Assembly: GCF_000010625.1 (NCBI RefSeq)
Contig: NC_010296.1
Location: 2,820,001-2,852,000, forward strand
Direction: 5' to 3'
Source: Microcystis aeruginosa NIES-843
GTDB lineage: Bacteria; Cyanobacteriota; Cyanobacteriia; Cyanobacteriales; Microcystaceae
DNA: 32,000 nucleotides
Positions within the stretch are counted from its first letter, which is position 1, and every line of letters begins with the position of its first letter. Shown one piece after another: positions 1-9,854 of the stretch. Made by a program: the position numbers and the translations under genes. The notes under the pieces were generated by a model. It ran no database searches, was not told where the DNA came from, and saw nothing but the letters and a program-made list of their open reading frames with translations.

Positions 1-2871
1 ATATCGCTTCTTTGAGCGGGGAGATTTAATTGTTCCAATTAATCTTAAACCCTATTAGGGATTGAAACGTAATTCAGGCAAAAACTTCGGTTTTTGTTCA
101 AGTTCCAATTAATCTTAAACCCTATTAGGGATTGAAACTAAATATTCTTAGTTTTAATCCTCAGGCAAACCCGTTCCAATTAATCTTAAACCCTATTAGG
201 GATTGAAACAGTTAATAGTGGCTAGAGGAGTAGGATTAAATTGGCGTTCCAATTAATCTTAAACCCTATTAGGGATTGAAACTTAAAAGCAGGTAGTTTT
301 AACTACCTGCTTGATTGTTCCAATTAATCTTAAACCCTATTAGGGATTGAAACTTGTGATCGACCTTTGCCTGCTTGCCAAGCTCTCGATCGTTCCAATT
401 AATCTTAAACCCTATTAGGGATTGAAACCTTCTACCCGCAATAATAGCGCTTCGATCTCTTGGTTCCAATTAATCTTAAACCCTATTAGGGATTGAAACT
501 TTGCTGTGGACTATAAGGGTCGCAACGCTCGATCCGTTCCAATTAATCTTAAACCCTATTAGGGATTGAAACATTGACAGATTACAGTGGGCTGAAACCC
601 ACCGGGTTCCAATTAATCTTAAACCCTATTAGGGATTGAAACGCATTGGCAGATTTATTCAAATTAGCGATCGCATTGTTCCAATTAATCTTAAACCCTA
701 TTAGGGATTGAAACATTTTAGACATTTTTAGGTCTGTGCCAAGAATGCAGTTCCAATTAATCTTAAACCCTATTAGGGATTGAAACCGTTAGTTTCAATT
801 GAAGCATCAAGATAAATATCATCGTTCCAATTAATCTTAAACCCTATTAGGGATTGAAACGTAATATTAAATTATAGAGAAAGACGACCGCAACTAAGTT
901 CCAATTAATCTTAAACCCTATTAGGGATTGAAACATTTTTTTTAGCGACCCTTCGGCTTTGCTCGGGGGTTCCAATTAATCTTAAACCCTATTAGGGATT
1001 GAAACTCATCCGTCTATCATTCACCTTTTTATAATACCATGAAAAGTTCCAATTAATCTTAAACCCTATTAGGGATTGAAACATGAGCCCATTAGTTGAG
1101 GGATTCACAAAAGTTTGTTCCAATTAATCTTAAACCCTATTAGGGATTGAAACAAAAAAGGAGGACAAGTTGATGGGATTTGTAAAACGTTCCAATTAAT
1201 CTTAAACCCTATTAGGGATTGAAACCGAATACTTCATCTGACCTCCTGTAGAATCGGGTTCCAATTAATCTTAAACCCTATTAGGGATTGAAACCTCGCT
1301 CTAGCCTCGGAACGATCAGAAATCTACTGGTTCCAATTAATCTTAAACCCTATTAGGGATTGAAACCTCTTTGGCTTTCTGATGTGTCTCCTCGCGACAA
1401 ACGTTCCAATTAATCTTAAACCCTATTAGGGATTGAAACGCCATAAGAAGGGATCTCTTAAATATAAAATTATTGTTCCAATTAATCTTAAACCCTATTA
1501 GGGATTGAAACAATTTCTTATTAGAGATTAAGGGGTAATTGCCCTCGTTCCAATTAATCTTAAACCCTATTAGGGATTGAAACCCACAAACCTTTTTTAC
1601 CGGAGTAACTTTTAGATCGAGTTCCAATTAATCTTAAACCCTATTAGGGATTGAAACTCTTTATAAGCATATCTTCTCATTATCTCTCGCCAGTTCCAAT
1701 TAATCTTAAACCCTATTAGGGATTGAAACCTCAAACAAATCGGCTAAATCAAAACTCCAGTTTTGTTCCAATTAATCTTAAACCCTATTAGGGATTGAAA
1801 CTATTCCAATGCTCCCATTTGGGAGCCTAAAAAGATGTTCCAATTAATCTTAAACCCTATTAGGGATTGAAACCGAAATTCTGCAATTCCATCGGCAATA
1901 ATTAAAGTTCCAATTAATCTTAAACCCTATTAGGGATTGAAACCGAAATTCTGCAATTCCATCGGCAATAATTAAAAAGTTCCAATTAATCTTAAACCCT
2001 ATTAGGGATTGAAACACAATCGAAATTAAAACTAATCCGATAGCGATTAGTTCCAATTAATCTTAAACCCTATTAGGGATTGAAACTGGCAAAGGATAGG
2101 ATAACTCTCTTAAACTCCGCGTTCCAATTAATCTTAAACCCTATTAGGGATTGAAACGCTTCTGGTAGTGGAAATAATGACGACGGTGTGACTGTTCCAA
2201 TTAATCTTAAACCCTATTAGGGATTGAAACCTATGAAGTATCAGAAGATATTGCACGCAAAACAGTAAGGTTCCAATTAATCTTAAACCCTATTAGGGAT
2301 TGAAACCAACTCCTGCTCAACCTACTAAAATAGAGAAAATAGTTCCAATTAATCTTAAACCCTATTAGGGATTGAAACATTTGACGGCACATCTTTTGCT
2401 GATCAGCTAGAAGGTTCCAATTAATCTTAAACCCTATTAGGGATTGAAACACTAAGTATTTTGCTGGTAAGCAAATAGATGAATTGTTCCAATTAATCTT
2501 AAACCCTATTAGGGATTGAAACCCTGATAGTGCAGTATCGCACCCCTCGCCTTAATTGTTCCAATTAATCTTAAACCCTATTAGGGATTGAAACATAGGC
2601 GATACGGGTATTCCATCCGGTTTCACCTGAGGTTCCAATTAATCTTAAACCCTATTAGGGATTGAAACGAGGTACAGGTTGCGGTTTACTTAAGTCTCTA
2701 ACGTTCCAATTAATCTTAAACCCTATTAGGGATTGAAACTTGGATACTTACGAAGATAAATTACCTTGTTCAGCGTTCCAATTAATCTTAAACCCTATTA
2801 GGGATTGAAACTTGTAATTGAGCTTCGTTGTACAGCCAATTTAATCGTTCCAATTAATCTTAAACCCTATT

Positions 2872-3050
2872 GGGACTTAGGCATTTTCGGGCAGCAAAAA
2901 AGGCTCAAACCATTACGGGACAAAGGGTTAACCTCGATTTATGATTTTCCTTGATCTATCTGGGTTTCAGCGATTTTGGGCTTCTCGAAGTAAATCCCAA
3001 GCAGGGATTGGGGTTGAGGCTTTTCTCGATTTGTTTTTTGTCTAAGTCCC
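2872..3050. mobile_element. 179-bp MITE inserted inside CRISPR repeat 40
   Basis: The repeat reads gttccaattaatcttaaaccctatt (2847-2871), then GGGACTTAG...CTAAGTCCC, then a-ctatt-agggattgaaac (3051-3068). The terminal inverted repeat is 9-10 bp. CTAT or CTATT from the repeat is duplicated on both sides. There is no ORF. Confidence 0.8.
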
Positions 3051-4728
3051 ACTATTAGGGATTGAAACTCCTGCTTTGGTAAAATTACTGATGCCCATAA
3101 GCGTTCCAATTAATCTTAAACCCTATTAGGGATTGAAACCAGCCCGAATGGTACGAGACAGCCTGGGCAGACCAAGTTCCAATTAATCTTAAACCCTATT
3201 AGGGATTGAAACTGCTAATCATTCTTTTAAATCTAATTCAGTAAACTTGTTCCAATTAATCTTAAACCCTATTAGGGATTGAAACGTGATTGAGGTGTAG
3301 GTAGTTCCCGCCCATCCAACTGGTTCCAATTAATCTTAAACCCTATTAGGGATTGAAACATTCTGATGGCCAGTTTACGGTTGAGGTAATGGGGGTTCCA
3401 ATTAATCTTAAACCCTATTAGGGATTGAAACATGTAAAACGGGAATCCGCAAAGAGTGTTACCCGGGTTCCAATTAATCTTAAACCCTATTAGGGATTGA
3501 AACAAGGATCGTCGGGCGCGGGATTCGGGAAATGAAATTGTTCCAATTAATCTTAAACCCTATTAGGGATTGAAACATGGTTTTTACTCCTAAGTATTTG
3601 TTTTTACTGGCGTTCCAATTAATCTTAAACCCTATTAGGGATTGAAACAAACTGTAACCCATATCGTTCCGTGATTCTACGGTGTTCCAATTAATCTTAA
3701 ACCCTATTAGGGATTGAAACCCCAGATCGGATATTTAGTAAATTCGATTACCTCTTGTTCCAATTAATCTTAAACCCTATTAGGGATTGAAACACCAAGT
3801 ATTTTGCTGGTAAAGAAACAGACGAATTGTTCCAATTAATCTTAAACCCTATTAGGGATTGAAACGCAGAATCGGAAAAGACGATTAACAATTTTTCCGA
3901 GTTCCAATTAATCTTAAACCCTATTAGGGATTGAAACTTTTTAATCGATTCTTTTTCATTAGCAAGTAATTCGTTCCAATTAATCTTAAACCCTATTAGG
4001 GATTGAAACATTTGCTTCTTATTGCCATAGTGACAAAACCGTATGGGTTCCAATTAATCTTAAACCCTATTAGGGATTGAAACGTAAGCACCTCTCGATA
4101 CTTGCCACTGGACATATTTGTTCCAATTAATCTTAAACCCTATTAGGGATTGAAACCAGTTGGACTGACTTATCGGCATCAGATTTTTAGCGTTCCAATT
4201 AATCTTAAACCCTATTAGGGATTGAAACTTTGAAACTGGCAATAGCGTCGGTGTAGGAGCGGCGGGTTCCAATTAATCTTAAACCCTATTAGGGATTGAA
4301 ACCCCTTCGAGGTAACGCCTTTTAAAGCCAATCCCAACGTTCCAATTAATCTTAAACCCTATTAGGGATTGAAACAGTTAATCGATGAATAGCGATCACC
4401 CTCTTGACTGATCGAGTTCCAATTAATCTTAAACCCTATTAGGGATTGAAACCGCCTACTAAATTCCCCTCATCTTGAATTGATAGCGTTCCAATTAATC
4501 TTAAACCCTATTAGGGATTGAAACTTCTTTTGATGATGATGCTAACCGGGAAGCAATCGTTCCAATTAATCTTAAACCCTATTAGGGACTTCCAAAAAAT
4601 AAACTATTCATGCTCAAGAATAATAATCATTCTCGGAGTGTAGGAGGTAGGGGTCGATGGTTGCCTCCTCCTTCCAATTTTGTAGTAGAATTAATCCTGT
4701 ACATTATTAATCAAGTTTTTCTTTGTAA

Positions 4729-5247
4729 GTGTATATGGAATTAACTGATTCCCTCAAGAAATTGCTCAGTGAAACTGCACTTCAATTAAAAGGTGCAGCT
4801 AAAAGAAGATTCATGGCCCAAACAGTCTTAGAATTAGGCTATGGGGGACAAACCCTTGCTGCACAGGAGTTAGGCTGGAATCGAACTACTATTCGTAAAG
4901 GAATTAAAGAACTAAAAAGAGGTATTATTTGTGTTGATAATCATTCAGCTAAGGGGCGGAAAAAAGCAGAAGAACATTTACCTTTTCTATTGGAAAACAT
5001 CAAAAGTTTAGTGGATTCTCAAAGCCAAACTGACCCAAGTTTTAAAAGCCAAAGGCTTTATGTGAGACTGAGTGCGGCCGAAGTCCGAAAGCAATTAATC
5101 TCTAAATATGGGTACAGTGATGAGGATTTACCGAGCGAGGAAACTATTCGGGTTAAATTAAATAACTTAGGTTATCGTCTGAAAAGAGTCGCTAAAGTTT
5201 TACCTCAAAAAAAATTCCAGAAACCGAGGCAATCTTTGAGGAATTAG
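4729..5247 (+). CDS. Transposase, N-terminal (HTH) part, ISAzo13 / Rhodopirellula-type DDE family
   Basis: 172-aa ORF. The N-terminal pattern (LKGAAKRRFMAQTVLELGYGGQTLAAQELGWNRTTIRKGIKEL) is what I recall for ISAzo13-family transposases. The frame ends shortly after an A8 run at 5207-5214. Confidence 0.75.
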   Translation: MYMELTDSLKKLLSETALQLKGAAKRRFMAQTVLELGYGGQTLAAQELGWNRTTIRKGIKELKRGIICVDNHSAKGRKKAEEHLPFLLENIKSLVDSQSQTDPSFKSQRLYVRLSAAEVRKQLISKYGYSDEDLPSEETIRVKLNNLGYRLKRVAKVLPQKKFQKPRQSLRN

Positions 5248-5282
5248 CTAACATTAATCGGGAAGCGGATGAAGACCCTACG

Positions 5283-5957
5283 ATGTTACGTCTTAGTTTG
5301 GATGCCAAAGCCCGTGTTAATATTGGACTATTTGATCGAGGAGGTAAGAATAGAATAACTGTCGAAACAAACGATCATGATTTTAATCCGAAAACAACCC
5401 TAACCCCTTACGGAATATTTATTCCAGAATTTGATGAGTTGTTTTTGTATTTCACTGCCTCCACAGTCACCAGTGACTTTATTGTTGATATATTAGAAGA
5501 TTTCTGGGAGTCGGAAAAATCTCGTTTTGAGAAAATTAAAACTTTGATAATTAATCAAGATAATGGACCAGAAAATAATTCGAGACGAACTCAGTTCATG
5601 AAACGTATAGTTGAGTTTTCCCAAAAATATCAAGTTAATATACGTTTAGCTTACTATCCCCCTTACCATAGTAAATATAATCCTATTGAACGAACCTGGG
5701 CTGTGTTAGAAAACCCTTGGAATGGGAGTATTTTAGATGAAATCGAAACGGCTTTGAAATTCGCCCAAACTATGACTTGGAAAGGAAAACACCCGATTGT
5801 TAAGTTGATTACTGAAACTTATGAAAAAGGAGTAAAGCTTACTAAAAAAGCCATGGAAAAAATCGAAGAAAAAATCGAACGTCTCACAGAATCAACGAAT
5901 CAAGACTTTCCCGATTTGGGACAATGGTTTATTGATATCTATTATGATAAGACCTAG
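5283..5957 (+). CDS. Transposase, C-terminal DDE part, in the -1 frame relative to 4729-5247; this frame is open from at least 5202
   Basis: 224-aa ORF from its first ATG. The same frame reads ..KKIPETEAIFEELANINREADEDPTMLRLSLDAKARVNIG upstream of that ATG. It therefore continues the upstream ORF if one A of the A8 run is skipped. Confidence 0.75.
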   Translation: MLRLSLDAKARVNIGLFDRGGKNRITVETNDHDFNPKTTLTPYGIFIPEFDELFLYFTASTVTSDFIVDILEDFWESEKSRFEKIKTLIINQDNGPENNSRRTQFMKRIVEFSQKYQVNIRLAYYPPYHSKYNPIERTWAVLENPWNGSILDEIETALKFAQTMTWKGKHPIVKLITETYEKGVKLTKKAMEKIEEKIERLTESTNQDFPDLGQWFIDIYYDKT

Positions 5958-8900
5958 TTTGTAGTTAACTAAGATGGTTAGCTAAAAACTGTCTTTGATT
6001 CTTTAACTTGTCCTTGTTATACTCGAAAAAGCTCGGAAGTATAAGAGTTTGTGCTGCCTATTTTTTCGGAAAAATAGGTTGTAATGGGAGACTCTTTGTT
6101 TTCCTAGACAAAAATAATTACTTTTTCAAAAAAACACTTTTCTATTTTTTTGTTGGGTATTTTATTCTCTGGAAGTCCCTTAGGGATTGAAACAGCAATA
6201 TTTTTGGCATCGGATTCGGTCAAAACTGTTCCAATTAATCTTAAACCCTATTAGGGATTGAAACCTTAAGACAGTGCCTTTGAGCGATAAGGGCGATTAT
6301 CGTTCCAATTAATCTTAAACCCTATTAGGGATTGAAACGCAAATGCAAAATCTTCGGATCAAGCAGAATTATCTGGTTCCAATTAATCTTAAACCCTATT
6401 AGGGATTGAAACGCAAATGCAAAATCTTCGGATCAAGCAGAATTATCTGGTTCCAATTAATCTTAAACCCTATTAGGGATTGAAACAGGCGGGCCGGGAG
6501 ACAGCCTTTTTCTTTGATCAGGTTCCAATTAATCTTAAACCCTATTAGGGATTGAAACTTTGTGAGTCCCTGTGCAACAATCCGAAAATTCCCGTTCCAA
6601 TTAATCTTAAACCCTATTAGGGATTGAAACACTACACACAACCGAATTGTAAGTGATAATTTATCGTTCCAATTAATCTTAAACCCTATTAGGGATTGAA
6701 ACCTGACAGAACGGGTTGAATGGGAAGGTAAGCCTAGTTCCAATTAATCTTAAACCCTATTAGGGATTGAAACGCACAAAGTTGTCACTTTGTCTCGTCA
6801 GGAAAGCGTTCCAATTAATCTTAAACCCTATTAGGGATTGAAACAAATTTTGCATTTGCTGAAAAAATCTTTGACCTTCGTTCCAATTAATCTTAAACCC
6901 TATTAGGGATTGAAACGCTGGTGTACCTAGCCTACAATCTTAGTTTAAATCGTTCCAATTAATCTTAAACCCTATTAGGGATTGAAACCATTTACTTTTT
7001 AATGAAGGCACGCCATAATTTAAGTTCCAATTAATCTTAAACCCTATTAGGGATTGAAACTGTGCAAAGCTACGCCCATCGATTTCCCGTCTGGGGTTCC
7101 AATTAATCTTAAACCCTATTAGGGATTGAAACTGGGAGATTGGAATCACAGCCGAAAAATAGGATCGAGTTCCAATTAATCTTAAACCCTATTAGGGATT
7201 GAAACCCGGCTTTTTTAGCTCCCTCAGTAATGATTATTGGGTTCCAATTAATCTTAAACCCTATTAGGGATTGAAACCCCAACTATACCGATGATTTCGG
7301 TACTGAATACAAGTTCCAATTAATCTTAAACCCTATTAGGGATTGAAACCCCGTATTTGCGGGTGTTGGAGCTATACTCAAAAAGAGTTCCAATTAATCT
7401 TAAACCCTATTAGGGATTGAAACACTATGGTATAATGAAAGTACAAACAAAGAAAAGGTTCCAATTAATCTTAAACCCTATTAGGGATTGAAACTTGATT
7501 ATTTCCGTGGCTATTTTTAAGCATTGCTCATGTTCCAATTAATCTTAAACCCTATTAGGGATTGAAACCATAAAAGTGCCTCTTTAATTCCGGCTTCTAG
7601 AGGTTCCAATTAATCTTAAACCCTATTAGGGATTGAAACATTTTACTTGCAACTTATTCTCAATAAAAAATCAGTTCCAATTAATCTTAAACCCTATTAG
7701 GGATTGAAACCAGAGGCTTGAGCTAATTCAAATTTTTCACGCGCTAGTTCCAATTAATCTTAAACCCTATTAGGGATTGAAACTTTCCTTCCCTCTCGGC
7801 TTTTGCCCGGATAATCGGAGTTCCAATTAATCTTAAACCCTATTAGGGATTGAAACTAAGTTCTGTAGAAAACGACTTAGATATACAGCTTGTTCCAATT
7901 AATCTTAAACCCTATTAGGGATTGAAACACTGTATTCCTTTGGTGCGAGAGTATCGGGGTATCGTTCCAATTAATCTTAAACCCTATTAGGGATTGAAAC
8001 TTTCCTTTATTTTTGGCTGTTTCTCCTAAGCTTGAGTTCCAATTAATCTTAAACCCTATTAGGGATTGAAACTTCGGAGTATCCTGTAGATATGTACTTT
8101 TATAAGGGTTCCAATTAATCTTAAACCCTATTAGGGATTGAAACTTTTTTGTATTCCGTGGAAGAATACGAAGAAATGAAGTTCCAATTAATCTTAAACC
8201 CTATTAGGGATTGAAACATCGACATAAAACACATACTAACAGTCCTAACCAGGTTCCAATTAATCTTAAACCCTATTAGGGATTGAAACAAAGCTAGGCT
8301 AATAGCGGCACTGATTAAAATTTCGTTCCAATTAATCTTAAACCCTATTAGGGATTGAAACGTAACTGCCTTATTTTCTGGCAGTTTTTTCAAAAATGTT
8401 CCAATTAATCTTAAACCCTATTAGGGATTGAAACTACTCGTCGGGAACCCTATCACCCGCTTTCGGTTCCGTTCCAATTAATCTTAAACCCTATTAGGGA
8501 TTGAAACCTGCCATTGTCCGCAATGGTAGCCCTAAGCTATCTGAGTTCCAATTAATCTTAAACCCTATTAGGGATTGAAACGCCAATAAATCCAATTCTC
8601 GCCGGCGCGTCTTGACAGTTCCAATTAATCTTAAACCCTATTAGGGATTGAAACAACAGAAATATTGCTGATTTCGCCGCTATGCCACGCGTTCCAATTA
8701 ATCTTAAACCCTATTAGGGATTGAAACCCCTCGGAACAGCAGTTGCGGCGGTGGCTGAATAAGTTCCAATTAATCTTAAACCCTATTAGGGATTGAAACA
8801 ATTACCACCGGCTTAATCCACCCAGACTGCCGAGTTCCAATTAATCTTAAACCCTATTAGGGATTGAAACGAGGGAAAATCTGCCCTTGTCGCAGATGCC

Positions 8901-9224
8901 CAAATATCGTTCCAATTAATCTTAAACCCTATTAGGGATTGAAACCATGATTTTCTAAATATTCAGCTATCTCTAGCCGAGTTCCAATTAATCTTAAACC
9001 CTATTAGGGATTGAAACCATTTACTTTTTAATGAAGCCACGCCATAATTTAAGTTCCAATTAATCTTAAACCCTATTAGGGATTGAAACCTCACTTTAGG
9101 CTAGTGTTTGCCCTCTCGTGAAAAAGCAAGTTCCAATTAATCTTAAACCCTATTAGGGATTGAAGTGAAGGGAATTTCTGAAATGGAATTCAGTCTGTCT
9201 ATATTTGACTATACTTTTACTAAC

Positions 9225-9463
9225 TAGGGCTTGCTGAATAATGGTAAAACCCTTTGAAAATAAGGCTTTTGACCTGTTAAAATCCGATGTTCATGCTGCG
9301 AAAATCGGATTGGGACCCTCAAAAACCTTGCATTATCCTTCTTGTAGTATATAAGTTGGTACGAAAAGAGAGGGCAACAAAGCCTGAAACGACCGACTAC
9401 TGACGACCGACGACCGGCTACTGACTCCTAACCCCACCAACAAACTTTTTGCCGCAAACCCTA
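9225..9463 (+). mobile_element. TA-flanked MITE, family copy A (TAGGGCTTGCTGAATAA ... TTGCCGCAAACCCTA)
   Basis: The imperfect terminal inverted repeat is GGGCTTGCTG versus the reverse complement GGGTTTGCGG, bracketed by TA. Related copies lie at 16105-16194, 19391-19458 (partial) and 23401-23625 (inverted). An internal heptamer tract (GACGACC / GACTACT type) is present. The element ends 2 nt from the stop codon of the next gene. Confidence 0.75.
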
Positions 9464-9464
9464 T

Positions 9465-9752
9465 CTAAAAATCAAACTCGTCTAACCCCGGTTGTGGGGG
9501 AGGAAAGCGACTGCGAGGAGATTTTTTCGACTTTCTCAAAAAAGCGGGGATAAATGCGGCCATAAAAAATCCAATTCCCAAAGAAAAAGCCAATAAAACA
9601 CCGATAGGTACTTTAATTGACTCAAATTGTAGAAACTTTAAAGAAACTGGTTGGATATTTTGAATAGCAAAAACTGCCATGGTCATAATCCAGCCGCCGA
9701 CAATAGCACTAGCTAAAAAATTACTAATTGTATTCATGCTTGTCCTCGCCAT
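9465..9752 (-). CDS. Small membrane protein, LapA/DUF1049-like
   Basis: 95 aa with two hydrophobic helices followed by a basic, proline-rich tail. The family assignment is from recollection of similar cyanobacterial proteins. Confidence 0.55.
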   Translation of the reverse strand: MARTSMNTISNFLASAIVGGWIMTMAVFAIQNIQPVSLKFLQFESIKVPIGVLLAFSLGIGFFMAAFIPAFLRKSKKSPRSRFPPPQPGLDEFDF

Positions 9753-9854
9753 GTTTGTGGGAGATTTTTTCAGGTTTTGTAGGCTAATTTCGCAGTTAGC
9801 TCCCTATTAATACCATTTTTCTTTATTCGTGGCCCTCCTATCCATTAGTCGCAT

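Larger units (their letters stand above)
4585..6179 (+). mobile_element. ISAzo13-family-like insertion sequence (1595 bp) inserted inside CRISPR repeat 61
   Basis: The left end is GGGACTTCCAAAAAATAAACTAT. The reverse complement of the right end is GGGACTTCCAGAGAATAAAATAC, matching at about 19 of 23 positions. A 3-bp TTA duplication sits at 4582-4584 and 6180-6182. Repeat halves 4559-4584 and 6183-6193 sum to exactly 37 nt. The element carries the two-part transposase listed below. Confidence 0.9.
1..9166 (+). CRISPR. CRISPR array: 102 repeats of 37 nt (GTTCCAATTAATCTTAAACCCTATTAGGGATTGAAAC), 101 complete spacers of 32-40 nt (mostly 35), plus a partial spacer at 1-31; continues past the left window edge
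   Basis: I mapped every repeat start by hand (32, 102, 173 ... 9053, 9130); the period is 70-77 bp. All repeats look identical except the last (9130-9166), which ends ATTGAAGT instead of ATTGAAAC. The ATTGAAAC 3' tag is typical of type I/III repeats and the degenerate repeat is at the right end. The leader and any cas genes should therefore lie left of the window. Repeats 40 and 61 are split by insertions. Confidence 0.98.

Noticed and set aside
6008-6190. 60-aa ORF at the right end of the IS
   Set aside because: It is a low-complexity F/K/L-rich translation of the AT-rich IS terminus and runs into the CRISPR repeat. There is no coding support.
1343-8393. Many minus-strand ORFs in the track containing the recurring peptide FQSLIGFKINWN
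   Set aside because: The peptide is simply the reverse-strand translation of the 37-nt CRISPR repeat. These ORFs are artefacts of the array.
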